DNA of 64,000 nt from Spirochaetia bacterium. GTDB lineage: Bacteria > Spirochaetota > Spirochaetia > SZUA-6 > Bin103. The stretch lies in the NCBI GenBank assembly GCA_965198005.1, contig CBDAOI010000002.1, forward strand, positions 32,001 through 96,000. Direction: 5' to 3'. This document shows positions 1-11,124 of this stretch, piece by piece; the first letter of the stretch is position 1, and every line of letters begins with the position of its first letter. The notes under the pieces are model-generated. The model was not told the origin of the DNA, ran no database searches, and saw only the letters and a program-made list of their open reading frames with translations. Made by a program: the position numbers and the translations under genes.

Positions 1-785
1 GGCGCCAGCTCCATGTACTTACGCCCGTCCCGGCTGAGCATACCACCCCAGTCGGGAATGTTCGGTGGCAGACCGAATCCGAGGAAGCCCAGCGAAGCCA
101 GTGCCATGATCACGCCGCCGATGCTGGTGCTGAATGAGATGATGATGACGGGTGTGATATTGGGCACGACATGTCGTAGCAGCGATCTCCATCTCGGCGA
201 GCCAACCGCCTCCGCCACTTGGAAATAGACATTCTCCTTGATGCCGATAACCGCGCCTCGGATTACTCTGGCGCCGCCTATGCCACCCGATATCCCCATC
301 ACCAGAATTATCTGCAAGAGGCCCTTCCCGAACACAGCTATCATGGTCAACAACAGGAGCAATCCAGGAAAAGCCATCCACGCGTCGACGAACCGCTGCA
401 CAACCAGGTCAAATTTACCTCCAACGAATCCTGACACTCCGCCGATCACCGTGCTGATGACTATGCTGATAGTGGTCACTGTAAGACCGACGAGCACCGA
501 GATACGAGCCCCAAAGATAAGGCGGCTCAGTAGGTCTCGTCCCGCCTGGTCGGTACCCAGAAGATACTTGGCAGAGGCGCTCTGAAGCCTGTCTATCAGG
601 TGAATCTCGTTATAGGGATAGGGAGAGAATTGACCGCCAAAGATAGCCACCAAGATCAAGAAAAATATGACGATTCCGCTGGCAGTGCCGAGCGGCTTCT
701 CCTTGACCAGCCTGATGAAAAAACTCGCCACCGCGCCACGCCTTCTGGGCTCGCTCACTGTAGCGGTGTGTGCCGGCGACGTCAT
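1..785 (-). CDS. Peptide/nickel ABC permease, DppC/OppC-like (runs off window edge)
   Basis: ATG at 785 overlaps upstream stop (ATGA); translation MTSPAHT...KEKPLG...LGTDQAGRDLLSRL...GFGLPPNIPDWGGML matches the other DppC paralogues in the window. Confidence 0.9.
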   Translation of the reverse strand, partial: MTSPAHTATVSEPRRRGAVASFFIRLVKEKPLGTASGIVIFFLILVAIFGGQFSPYPYNEIHLIDRLQSASAKYLLGTDQAGRDLLSRLIFGARISVLVGLTVTTISIVISTVIGGVSGFVGGKFDLVVQRFVDAWMAFPGLLLLLTMIAVFGKGLLQIILVMGISGGIGGARVIRGAVIGIKENVYFQVAEAVGSPRWRSLLRHVVPNITPVIIISFSTSIGGVIMALASLGFLGFGLPPNIPDWGGMLSRDGRKYMELA

Positions 786-1789
786 GTATAGCGAATCCTA
801 GGGTCCAAATAGGGATAGAGCATGTCGACAAGCAGCGTGCTGAGTAACACCACCGTCGCCAACATCATGTTTATTGCGGATACCACCGGGTAGTCTCTGA
901 AATCGAGGGCTTCCAGGAACATGCGGCCTAGCCCCGGCAATACGAATATCTCCTCCAAGATGACGGAGCCGCCTACCAGGAGCGGGAGTTGCAGGCCTAT
1001 CAGGGTAAGTACCGGGATGAATGCATTTTTCAGAGCGTGTCTGATAACAATCGCTCTCTCCTTGAGCCCCTTCGACCAGGCCGTCCTGATGTAGTCCTGC
1101 CTGAGCACCTCCAGCATCATGGTGCGCGTCAGCCGCATGGTGGCGGCAGACATGGCCGTGCCGAGAATCGCGGCCGGAATGAGGAACATCCCGATATTCC
1201 CCAGCGGGTTTTCCCTGAAGCGAATCAGCTCTAGCGGCGGCGACCAGCCCCACCAGATTGCCGGGTAGAGCATCACCATGATTCCGAGCCAGAAGTTAGG
1301 GGTTGCTATGCCGATGACGGCCACGGTCCGCCCCACGTAGTCGGCGGCCGTATCCTGGCGGATCGCCGAGTAGACGCCCACCGGCAGGGCGATGACCAGC
1401 CCAATGACGATTGCCATCACCCCAAGCTCAATAGTTACCGGCAATCTGCCGAGTATCCGCTCTCCTATCGACCAACCACCCAACAGTGATTCACCAAAGG
1501 TGCCCTGGAGGAGACCTCTGAAGTGGGACTCACCGGTAACCCCGTCAGGGGTCGGCAACAATCCTATCCAGCGTCCATACTGCACGTAGACGGGCACGTC
1601 CAATCCCAGCATACGCTCCAGAGCTTCGCGGTCTATGTCGGCACCCGTGGCATGCCATGCTTCCATCTCTGCCACCATTACGTCTACTACATCCCCGGGG
1701 ATGAAGCGGACGGCGAGAAAGACGATCCAGCTCAATATGAACAGGGTCGGGATCATGAGGAGCAAGCGCCTGATCAGATAGGCTCTCAT
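782..1789 (-). CDS. Peptide/nickel ABC permease, DppB/OppB-like
   Basis: 335 aa; MRAYLIRRLL...PGD, EAA loop (LRQDYIRTAWSKGL), C-terminal RDYP...LDPRI. Confidence 0.93.
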   Translation of the reverse strand: MRAYLIRRLLLMIPTLFILSWIVFLAVRFIPGDVVDVMVAEMEAWHATGADIDREALERMLGLDVPVYVQYGRWIGLLPTPDGVTGESHFRGLLQGTFGESLLGGWSIGERILGRLPVTIELGVMAIVIGLVIALPVGVYSAIRQDTAADYVGRTVAVIGIATPNFWLGIMVMLYPAIWWGWSPPLELIRFRENPLGNIGMFLIPAAILGTAMSAATMRLTRTMMLEVLRQDYIRTAWSKGLKERAIVIRHALKNAFIPVLTLIGLQLPLLVGGSVILEEIFVLPGLGRMFLEALDFRDYPVVSAINMMLATVVLLSTLLVDMLYPYLDPRIRYT

Positions 1790-1813
1790 GTGTCACGCCT
1801 CATGGATGGGAGG

Positions 1814-1855
1814 GGAGCTGGGAAGCGCACCGGCAACCGGCCGCTTCCCAGCTCC
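1814..1855 (-). terminator. Intergenic stem-loop between binding-protein gene and dppB-like gene (mRNA stabiliser or partial terminator)
   Basis: 14-bp perfect inverted repeat GGAGCTGGGAAGCG...CGCTTCCCAGCTCC. Confidence 0.6.
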
Positions 1856-1870
1856 TCCGGCATATAACTA

Positions 1871-3685
1871 CTAGTTCCCCATCGACTCCTTCAGCTCACT
1901 ATCAATCCAGAGGCGGGCGAAGAATTGATTCCGTTCACCAAGTCCCATAGCCGATTCACCGTTATAGCCCTTGACCCACGGCTGGTTTACGCTGAACCTC
2001 GGGGCGATGGATTTGACCAGGCCAAAGTGCTGTCTTACGGTGATCTCATCGGCTTCTCTCATGATACGCTGAACGTCCTCGAGCTTGATGCTGTTCATGG
2101 CGGCGTCATGCAGATCCTTCAGACGCGTGCACTGTCTCTTGGTGTAGCTGTGGTCATCGATGTTTTGGCACATGTGTTGGATCCGACTTTGCCCTGCATC
2201 ATACCCATATCCTGCGCTCATAAAGTGCCACTCAGCCGTCTCGCTGCGCATCCTCGCTCCCACCTCAGCGTTGGCCTGCATGTCGAGCTCGCTTGCAACG
2301 CCAATGGCTTCGAAGTACCCCATGATGAGCTCTGGATGGGTTGGTTCGTACCTGTCGTGCAGGGCGAGCTTGACCTTGAACCTGACGCCGTCGGCGCCGC
2401 GCGGATAGCCGGCCTCATCGAGCAACGCTTCGGCCTCTTCCGGGTGATACTCATACTCACGCTTGACCTCTTCCGGCCACTCTTCATATGGCCAGGCCCA
2501 ACCTGTCTGAGTGTACAGCATCATCCCATACGGTGCCGGTCTTCCATGACCCCTGAAGTAGGCAGCGGATATCGTCTCGCGGTCCACTGCCATCTGTAGC
2601 GCCTTGCGCACTCTGACATCGTCCGTCGGCGACAGTTCGTGGTTGAAGAGGAAGCCTCCGTCTGCTCCCCGATAACTGGCCCAGACCTCGATTTCAGGGT
2701 TGGTCCGCTGGAGGGTCTCCAGATCGTCCATAGAGTATATCGCAGCATCTCCGGTGTTACTCATCATGTCGACCTTGCCCGTGCGCAGGGCCGCCAGGCG
2801 CGTTGACATGTCTGGCATGAGCAAGGCTCGGTACGTGTCGATATAGGGCAGGCGGTTCTGCGGGAACTTCTCGTCGTAGCCCCAGTAGTTGGGATTCTTC
2901 TCCCAGGTGGCAGAGCTGCCCTCCACCAACTCAACAAATTGCAGCGGCCCCGTACCGACGGTGTTCCTCCAGTCCTTGGCGTCGCCGTCCCTCTCGACCT
3001 GCTCGGGGCCGTGCACAAAGAAGTACGAACGGAGCATCTTGCCCAAAAAATCGTATGTGGGCTCCGCCAGCTTGATCTCCACCGTCCATTTATCGGTGGC
3101 CGTTACCGACTCGATCGTGGCACCCCAGGTGATACCTCTCACAGCGGCGTTAGGTCCGTCTTCGCTGAAATCGCCGAGGCCCAGATAACGGTGATAGTTC
3201 CATTCGATGTCATGGGCATCGAGCTCGCGACCGTTCATCGGCTCCTTGTCGTGCCAGTAAACGCCCTGACGGATGTGCCAGATGAACGTGGTGTCGTCGG
3301 GCATTGACCAGCTTTCAGCCAGAGCTCCCTGAATGATCGGTGGTCTCGCCGGCCCGTACTGTTGGTCGGTACCGTCCCATAGCTCCCTACTTACAGCCCA
3401 GTTGACGTTGGACATCTTCTCATTAACGCCACTGATAAGGTGAGGCGCCCAGCCAAGATTCCACCAGTTGTCGGAACTGGGAGGAAAGACCACAGTGGGC
3501 CAAGTGAGCGTCCCGCCATACTCCGGCGCGGTCACCATCTTGCCGGTGGACGGGTCGAGCACCATCTCCTTGTCCGAGGCGGCTGCCGACTCATCCTCGT
3601 CCGCACCGCTTGCCCAGAGGCCGGTTGCGGTCAGGGTGAGGCCAATCAGTACCGCCAGGCACTGCTTGAACATTGCGAAAAACAT
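1871..3685 (-). CDS. ABC substrate-binding protein, family 5 (DppA/OppA-like)
   Basis: Signal peptide ending LWASG; PEYGGTL, GALAESW, GTGP, NPNYW...LPYID, VRKALQMAVD motifs; start chosen after AGGAG. Confidence 0.9.
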   Translation of the reverse strand: MFFAMFKQCLAVLIGLTLTATGLWASGADEDESAAASDKEMVLDPSTGKMVTAPEYGGTLTWPTVVFPPSSDNWWNLGWAPHLISGVNEKMSNVNWAVSRELWDGTDQQYGPARPPIIQGALAESWSMPDDTTFIWHIRQGVYWHDKEPMNGRELDAHDIEWNYHRYLGLGDFSEDGPNAAVRGITWGATIESVTATDKWTVEIKLAEPTYDFLGKMLRSYFFVHGPEQVERDGDAKDWRNTVGTGPLQFVELVEGSSATWEKNPNYWGYDEKFPQNRLPYIDTYRALLMPDMSTRLAALRTGKVDMMSNTGDAAIYSMDDLETLQRTNPEIEVWASYRGADGGFLFNHELSPTDDVRVRKALQMAVDRETISAAYFRGHGRPAPYGMMLYTQTGWAWPYEEWPEEVKREYEYHPEEAEALLDEAGYPRGADGVRFKVKLALHDRYEPTHPELIMGYFEAIGVASELDMQANAEVGARMRSETAEWHFMSAGYGYDAGQSRIQHMCQNIDDHSYTKRQCTRLKDLHDAAMNSIKLEDVQRIMREADEITVRQHFGLVKSIAPRFSVNQPWVKGYNGESAMGLGERNQFFARLWIDSELKESMGN

Positions 3686-3823
3686 GAATATGTCTCCTAT
3701 TTCCTCGAGAGCACGAAGTTCAGTGCCGGCCCCTCGCCTGCTCTCGAGGCATGCCTGCAATCGCAGGTCACCGGAAAGCGAGGGCGACACGTTCGGGTCC
3801 GGGCCCGGGGTGGTGGTGGGGAG

Positions 3824-3850
3824 TTAGTCGTATCCGGTCTTGGGTGGCAT
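3824..3850 (-). CDS. Putative leader peptide MPPKTGYD
   Basis: AGGAGG 7 nt upstream of ATG; ends TAC GAC TAA as in the paralogous leader at 26308. Confidence 0.55.
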   Translation of the reverse strand: MPPKTGYD

Positions 3851-4341
3851 CCCGTTTCCTCCTGTGCGCGGTGCGAACGTCGACCGCTTGTGCGACCGTA
3901 GCACGGACCCGCGACTCGGGTCAACCACCTGCACCCCTGCACAGCAATTCTCGGTGAACGGCTGGTAGAGGGGCAGAGTGTCATAAGCTCAAGCCCTCCG
4001 TATGTGAAATGCGACCATGCCCCACCTGTTGGCCCACCGCGTGAATGCACGACCCAATAATACCCATTCCTCCCGTGAAAGGCATGCACCGGACGGCCCG
4101 ACCCGGCCCGACCCGGCCGAACTTCTATAACTGATTGCAGGTGAAGTAGTTAGCCACCGTCATGCCAGCCCGGTGCGATGACCTGACCACCGTCAGCCAC
4201 CGCCGGTCGGCCGATGCCGCGGGCTGGCGCGGTGCGGCGATCGGCCCTTCGGGGCCGGTTGCCCGCGCGCCGCCGGCACACCTGCGCCGCAGCCCCAGTC
4301 AGGGATCGTTCAGGGAGCAGGTTCAGTTCCCCAGGGAGCGG

Positions 4342-5640
4342 CTACCCGGACAGCGGCTGCGGCGGCGAGTTCATCCGCACCAGCACCTGGTCCCACGACC
4401 GGATCAGGAATAGCCGGAACGTGGCGCGGATCGCGCCCCAGAACTCCCGGCGCGACCCGAACCCAGCCCGCACCTGCTGATTCAGACCGTCCACCAGCTC
4501 GAATATCTGGTGCATGAAATAGGCCAGCAGGTTGAGCACGAAGAACGCCTCCGACAGGTACTTGTCACCGTGGCCGAAGTTGTGCTCCAGGTGATAGCCC
4601 TGGTTCTTCAGCGTATTGAACCCCTCGTTCTCGATCTTCCAGCGTGCCCGTCCCGCACGCACGATCCGCGCGACGCTTCCAGCGGTGGGTACCAAGTCGG
4701 TCACCCAGGCGTTTCGATAGGTGGTCGTGCCGGCCCGTACGATGCGGTAGTGCACGAAGTTGATCTGGGGACTGCGGGGGTTGCCGTTCAGCGGCACCCC
4801 GGTAACCCACTCGTATTCATGCCGGTCCCCGGTCGCGTCGATGGTGCAGTGGTGGTCCAGCAGCCGACCGCGGCGCAGCCCGTCGATATCCTGGTACAGG
4901 CTGGTGTGATCCTCCGGCTTGGCCACCAGCAGAAACGAGAAGCGGGCGGCGCGCACCTGTTCGATGAACGGTTGCTTGGAGTACAGACTATCGGCGACGA
5001 TCACCGCAGCCAGCCGGGGATGGTCGTTACGGATGCGCTGCAAGGCACGGTAGCCGGCTTTTATTTCACAGTCCTGCTTGCGGCGTTTGGCATTCTTGGC
5101 GCCAGAGTCATCGGCGTTGTGAATGAACACGGGAGCCAACGGCAGCACCTGCCGCTTGTCGGGGTGGACGATGGCGGTCTGCAGGATGTCGTGGTGGTAG
5201 CGTACGGTGCCGTTCTTGGTGGCGGTCAGACAGCACTCACAGTTCACCTTGTACGAGCTGAAGTACTGGGAGCCGTCCATGGTGATGAGATAGCGACCGT
5301 CGAGGAACTGATAGTGCTGCAGCCATTTGGCGTCCTGCATGCGCCCTATCCAGTCGCCGAAGCAGCCGAGCAGCGGTTCATAGTCATGGCTGTCGAGCAG
5401 ATCGCGGAACTGGGAGTCGGCAGGGATCCGAGCGACCCCAAACGTAGAGTTGAGGTTGTTGGTGCGCAGTTCGTCCTGGAAGCGGCGTTGGAACTCCAGC
5501 ACGGAAGAGGAGATTCTGAAGGCATAGTCCGTATCTCGAACGTGACGACATTGATCAGTACCTGGCTTACGCCGCATGGAGGCTTGAGGAGCGCGAGGTT
5601 CCCCTTCGCCCGACCTCGGCATGAAGCTTCTGGTCGACAT
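4342..5640 (-). mobile_element. DDE transposase (ISNCY-like); N-terminus probably carries a small deletion
   Basis: ITMDGSQYFSS, CxCC, KQDCE, VADSLYS, GRARWKIENEGFNTLK motifs. Confidence 0.8.
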
Positions 5641-5668
5641 GAATCTGTCGCCATCCTGGGTTCCCGTG

Positions 5669-7282
5669 CTAGGAGTCTGTCGGAGTCATGGTCGCGGGGT
5701 TACGAAGTGAGCGAGCCGAGGGGAACGCCGTAGGCGGCCGCCTAGCTCGCCAGCGCTTGGTTGCGCTCGGTCGGGTGCCCAAAGCAGCCCTGCGGGAGGG
5801 ATTGAGGCCCTGCGGGAGGGATCGTGATGCCAGCAACACCCTCCAAGGTGTCTCCGGCGCCCGTTCCGGTGCCACAGCTCGTCCACCGGGACCCACTGAC
5901 CCCACTTATCCTCCTGCCAGGGCATACATCCGCTTCAGATTCCACGCCGTGCACACCAGACTCCATTCCCCCTCGGCGCCGCGTAACCCGCGCAGATGAA
6001 AGCGCCGGAATCCCAGCACCTCCTTGATCACCCCGAACACCGTCTCCACCGTGGACTTCCGCTTGCTATAGATCGCCTTCCCCTCAGCCGTCTGCAAACG
6101 ATGCTTCATCGCCGTCACCGCATCCGCATCAGCAGGACACTCCGGGGGTGCCTTGAGACGATCTTCCAGCGGCCGGTTGTGGCGTTCCCGGCTCCCCGCG
6201 ATATACGGCTCGATGTCCTGTTCCACGCACCGCTCCACGTTCTCTTTGCTGTGGTACCCGGCATCCGCCACCAGCGCCTCCGGCTTGCCCAGCTCGTCTG
6301 CCACCTTTCCCAACTCGTTCAGCGCCGGCGCCACTTCCTGCTTGTCGTTGGCCGCTTGGCTGACGTGGTTGCCCACCACCATGTGACTGTCCTGCTCCAC
6401 CACCGCTTGCGCGTTGAAACCCTGTATGAACTCCCCGTTCGCGCCCGGCATGATCCGTGATTCTTCATCCGTGAAGTTCACTTGGTCCTTGTCTTTCGGT
6501 CCTGCTTCCGGCTCCTGCGGCGGCTTCCCCCCAGGCTTCTTACCAGTCGCTGCTTCGCGTTCCTGCCGCCGCTTCAGCTTCGCTTCGTACTCCGCCCGCT
6601 CCGCCGCATGCCGCTCCTGCGCCCGCTCCTTTATCTTCTCCTGCGCTTCCCGAATCGCCGCCAGCCGCTCCTCCCGGCGCTGTAATTCTTCCGGGATGTC
6701 CAGCTCCTGCTGTTCCTGCTCCCCCTCCTGGTCCGCTCGCTGCGCCAACTCCAGCAGCTTCTCTACCTCCCCCTCCAACTGCCGCTCCAGCTTCGTCGCA
6801 TGCCCCCAGCTCATCGCTTTGTGCTTGCTCGCGTTCCCCTGCACCTTCGTCCCATCCAGGCTCACCCGTCCCAGCCGCAGCGTCCCCAGCGTCTTCGCCA
6901 GCACCAGAATCTGCTTGAACAGCCCTTGTAACTCCGCCAGAAACCGCTTGCGAAAATTCGCTATCGTATCATGGTCCGGATGCTCATCTCCGCTGATGTA
7001 GCGAAACGCCACCGAATCGTACGTCGCCTGCTCCAGCTTCCGGCTCGAAAACACTCCAGTGGCGTAGCCGTAGAACAACAGCGCCACCAGCATGGCCGGA
7101 TGATACGCCTGCTTGCCGCCGCTACCTCCATACTGGCTCGTTATTTCACCGAGCTCCAGTTGCTCTACAATATCAACTACAAAACGCGCCATGTGCCGCT
7201 CCGGTAGCCACTCTTGAATGGACGCCGGCAGCAGCATCGGCGTGTCTCGATCAAGCACGCGAAAATCCTCGACCATGAACAC
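5669..7282 (-). mobile_element. IS1182-family element; transposase 5906-7276/7282, right end at 5669
   Basis: YHPAMLVALLFYGY...SSRKLE (DUF772-like), LDGTK, ADAGY, RKSTVETVFGVIK; minus-strand end TCCGACAGACTCCTAG; left end not seen. Confidence 0.88.
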
Positions 7283-7318
7283 CTGGACTCCAGTTCGCGG
7301 AGGTGATACCTTGGACCC

Positions 7319-8194
7319 ATGACCGACGTCATGGTCATCCAAGGACGGGAGTTACACACTGCGGATCTCGAGCTGATTCGAGGTCTTCTGAGCGACCATC
7401 CGCAGTGGAGTAGAAGGCGGCTCAGCGAGGAACTGTGCCGCCGCTGGGACTGGCGCAACGCGCAGGGCAGAATGAAAGACATGGCCTGCCGCACGCTGCT
7501 GCTGAAGCTGGAGCGGGCCGATCTGATCCGACTTCCGAACCGCCGAGGGCCGTCCACCAACGAGTTGCGCAACCGCCATGTGGCTTCGGTGGCGCATGCT
7601 ACCGACCCGATCGGTGGCGCGTTGCGCGCCCTGCGGCCGCTACGGGTGAGCGTGGTGGGGCCCGGTTCGCACGAGCTGGGACTGTTCAACTGCCTGCTTG
7701 ATCGCTACCACTACCTGGGCCACCGCAACACGGTGGGTGAGAACCTCCGCTATCTGGCGCGCGACCGGAGCGGCCGGCCGCTGGGTTGCGTGCTGTTCGG
7801 TTCGGCGGCGTGGACCTGCGCCGCGCGCGACCTCTGGATCGGTTGGGAGCGCAGTGCACGGCAGCGGAACCGGCAGTTGTTGACCAACAACACGCGCTTT
7901 CTGGTGTTGCCCTGGGTCACGGTGCCGCATCTGGCCAGCCACCTGCTGGGCCTCATCGCGCGGCGCATTGGCGCCGACTGGCAAGCGAAATATGGACATC
8001 CGGTGCATGCGCTTGAAACCTTTGTGGATCGCCGCTTCCGCGGGACCTGCTATCGCGCCGCCAACTGGGTACGGCTCGGAGAAACCCGGGGACGCACCCG
8101 CAACGACCGCGAGCATCGCATTCAGGCTGCGGTCAAGGCGGTCTACCTGTATCCCCTGAGCAAGGACTTTCGCCGGGAGTTGTGCGCATGCTGA
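7319..8194 (+). CDS. DUF4338-domain protein (IS66 accessory ORF)
   Basis: HYLG...GENLRYL, NNTRFLVLPW, LETFVD...GTCYRAANW; overlaps IS66 transposase start. Confidence 0.82.
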   Translation: MTDVMVIQGRELHTADLELIRGLLSDHPQWSRRRLSEELCRRWDWRNAQGRMKDMACRTLLLKLERADLIRLPNRRGPSTNELRNRHVASVAHATDPIGGALRALRPLRVSVVGPGSHELGLFNCLLDRYHYLGHRNTVGENLRYLARDRSGRPLGCVLFGSAAWTCAARDLWIGWERSARQRNRQLLTNNTRFLVLPWVTVPHLASHLLGLIARRIGADWQAKYGHPVHALETFVDRRFRGTCYRAANWVRLGETRGRTRNDREHRIQAAVKAVYLYPLSKDFRRELCAC

Positions 8195-9818
8195 GCCGCG
8201 ACCAGGCAGTGGCGATGTTCCATGCCGGGCTGGATGCCGTGGTGCGTACGGTGCAGGAGATGGGCGCCCGCATCCACGCTCTGGTGCAGCAGGTGCAGGA
8301 GCTGAGCACGCGCCTGGAGGTCAGCGAACAGCGGGTGAAGGATCTGGAAGACCAACTGGCCAAGAACTCGCGCAACAGCAGCAAACCACCATCCTCCGAT
8401 GGCTTGAAGAAACCCAAGCCCAAAAGCCTGCGTAAGAAAGGCCAGCGCAAGTCCGGCGGTCAGCCCGGCCATCAGGGGCATACGCTCAAGCCGGTCGACA
8501 AGCCCGATCACACCGAGGTCCACCGGGTGCAGGAATGCGCGGCTTGCCAGCGCTCTCTGGCGGATCACAAGCCCGACCGCGTCGAGCACCGACAAGTCCA
8601 CGACCTGCCTCCGCTGCGGCTGGCAGTCACCGAGCATCAGGCCGAAATCAAGCTGTGCCCGTGCGGCCACATGAACAAGGCGGCGTTTCCCGCAGGGGTG
8701 GGCGCCCCGGTGCAATACGGTCCACGCGTACGGGCTGCGGCAGTGTATCTGAACAACTATCAGTTCCTGCCCTACAAGCGCACCTGCGAGCTGTTGGACG
8801 ATCTGTTCGGTTGCCCGATGAGCCAAGGGACTCTGGCCAACATCATCGCCGACTGCCACCACCGGCTGGAAGATCCCGTGGCACTCATCAAACAGCTGAT
8901 CGCACAGGCCCCGGTCGCGCACTTCGATGAGACCGGCTCACGGGTGGAAAGCACCCTGTGGTGGCTGCATACCTCCTCGACGGTCAACGCCACCTATTAC
9001 CACATCCATCGCAGGCGCGGCAGCGAGGCCCTCGATGCCATCGACATCCTGCCTCACTTCACCGGCCGCGCCGTGCACGACTTCTGGAAACCCTACTACC
9101 GCTACTTATGCCTGCAGGCGTTGTGCAACGCCCACCATCTGCGCGAGTTGACCTTTGTGCACGAGCAATACGACCAGCCATGGGCCGCGAGCATGATCGA
9201 CTGCCTGCTCGATATCAAGGGCACGATCGAGCGGACCGCACCAACCACCGACTGTCTCTCTGCTGCGCAAATCGAGGAGTTTGAAGCCCGCTATCAACAG
9301 ATACTCGATCAAGGGTATGCGCAAAACCCGTTGCCACCGCTACCCGCAGGCGCACCCAAGAAGCGCGGACGAAGAAAAAAGACCAAGCCCAGAAACCTCC
9401 TCGAACGGCTCGACCAGCACCGTCTGGAAGTCCTGGCGTTCATGTACGACCTAGCCGTCCCCTTCACCAATAATCTGGCTGAAGGCGACATTCGCATGAT
9501 GAAGGTGCAGCAGAAAATCTCCGGCACGTTCCGCACCGACGAAGGCGCCAACGCCTTCTGCCGGATCCGCTCCTACATCTCAACCGTCCGCAAGAATGCG
9601 GTCGGTGCCATCGACGCCTTGGACGCCGTCTTCACCGATACCCCGTTCGTACCGACCATCGACACTTCCTGAACCACCACTCCCCTGACTGTACGCAGTC
9701 GACCAGCTCGCCTGGATGCACAATTGTGAGCGTGCGCAAACAGGTAGAATACCGAACCGCCTCCGCACCAATCCCCTTCATCCTGAAACTCCTGTCAGAG
9801 GTCCACCTGAGTAGTTAC
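8182..9818 (+). mobile_element. IS66-family transposase (8182-9672) with right terminal repeat ending at 9818
   Basis: KNSRNSSKPPSSD, GGQPGHQG, Zn-ribbon Cys pairs, HFDETG, LCNAHHLREL, FTNNLAE; end reads GTAACTACTCAG on minus strand. Confidence 0.9.
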
Positions 9819-9953
9819 CACTTCATTTTGCTTTCACGCGCCGCAAGGTCGTAATGCAGAGCCTCGCTGATCCTGGTGACGGCATGCTTACTCACCGGGT
9901 AGCCGGAACCAGGACCTGCGAAGTCTTGCATGGTGGGGGACTGCGCCGCGCGA

Positions 9954-10850
9954 CTAGGCGTCGCGGGTGGGATCGGGGCTGACTCGCACCAGCAGCTTGC
10001 CGAAGTTCTTGCCCTGCATCATGCCGATGAATGCCTCGGGCGCCTTCTCCAGCCCGGCGACGATGTCTTCCCGGTAGGCGATTCTGCCGCCACGCACCCA
10101 CCAGGCCAGCAGGGCCAGTGCCTCCTCGTGACGATCCTGGTACTGTCCCTGGTTCATCCCCACCATATGGGCCAGGCCCCCCTGCACGTAACGGTTGATG
10201 CGGGTGCCCTGCAGCGATCCGAGCGGGTCGTTGTACTCCGCCCCGTCCAGGTCGCCCGCCCGGTAGTTGACGGCGGCGTCGAAGCCAAGCTCCTCGACGA
10301 CGTAGTTGCATTTCTCGTCGCTGCCGGCGATGCCCACCGCGCGACAGTTCTTGATCTTGGCGATCTGTCCGACCACCGCGCCGACCGCACCAGCTGCCGC
10401 CGAAACCACAACCGTCTCGCCGGCGACCGGCTGCCCCACTGCCAACAGTCCGAAATAGGCAGTTACCCCCGGCATGCCGACTACGCCCAGCGCCGTGGAT
10501 ATCGGCACCAAACCGGGATCCAGCACCCGCAGCTCAGCCCCCGGAACCGCGCCGTAGCTCTGCCAGCCGTAGCCGCCGACGTACTGGCACACGAATTGGC
10601 CGGCGTGGAAGTCCGGGTGGCGCGACTCGACCACTTCGCCGACCACGCCGCCAACCAGCACCTGGCCGACGGTCTCGGTTTTGCTCATGGAGCCCCGCAT
10701 ATAGGGGTCCAGGGAGACGTAAATGGTGCGTACCAGGACCTCGCCGTCACCCGGTTGCGGAATCGGCGACTCCACCAATTCGAAGTCCTCCGGGACCGGC
10801 ATGCCGCTCGACGTTCGCCGCAGGATAATCTGGCTGTTGCTGTCACTCAT
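9954..10850 (-). CDS. NADP-dependent oxidoreductase (CurA/prostaglandin-reductase-like MDR), internally deleted
   Basis: SLDPYMRG, GMPGVTAYFGL, VSAAAGAVG, GKNFGKLLV; the usual DVYFDNVGG segment is absent at the DLDG|AEYN junction. Confidence 0.8.
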   Translation of the reverse strand: MSDSNSQIILRRTSSGMPVPEDFELVESPIPQPGDGEVLVRTIYVSLDPYMRGSMSKTETVGQVLVGGVVGEVVESRHPDFHAGQFVCQYVGGYGWQSYGAVPGAELRVLDPGLVPISTALGVVGMPGVTAYFGLLAVGQPVAGETVVVSAAAGAVGAVVGQIAKIKNCRAVGIAGSDEKCNYVVEELGFDAAVNYRAGDLDGAEYNDPLGSLQGTRINRYVQGGLAHMVGMNQGQYQDRHEEALALLAWWVRGGRIAYREDIVAGLEKAPEAFIGMMQGKNFGKLLVRVSPDPTRDA

Positions 10851-10910
10851 CTCTTCGACGGCAGCGTACGGTATGCGGCCAAGAACAGCCACCCCCTCAC
10901 CGCAAAACTC

Positions 10911-10997
10911 TTTTGGCGGCCCCGCCCAACGTGCGCCCCACCTAGCTGGGGCACGGGCGCTGGCTGGGCTGGACCAGACGGCGTGCTCGCGCCGTTA
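10911..10997 (+). repeat. Dispersed ~90-bp non-coding repeat, copy A
   Basis: TTTTGG..CCC...GTGCGCCC...GGGCACGGGCGC...GGACCAGACGGCGTGCTC; homologous to 13865, 21986 and 26752 (inverted). Confidence 0.75.
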
Positions 10998-11124
10998 CCC
11001 AGCCGGCTGAGAGGCCCGTCGAGGTTGCCGACGCCGGCGGGCTGGGCGGGCTGGCGATTGATTGCCGCCGAAGAGACCCCGTATAGTCAAATGGAACGTT
11101 GCCGTGGGCGAGAGCGTCGACAGA

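Noticed and set aside
4120-4160. IS66 left end (GTGAAGTAGTTAGCC) defining a 5.7-kb composite element
   Set aside because: Same orientation as the right end at 9818 and degenerate; no target duplication found
7319-8194. Druantia anti-phage system
   Set aside because: DUF4338 is alone and coupled to an IS66 transposase; no DruE helicase
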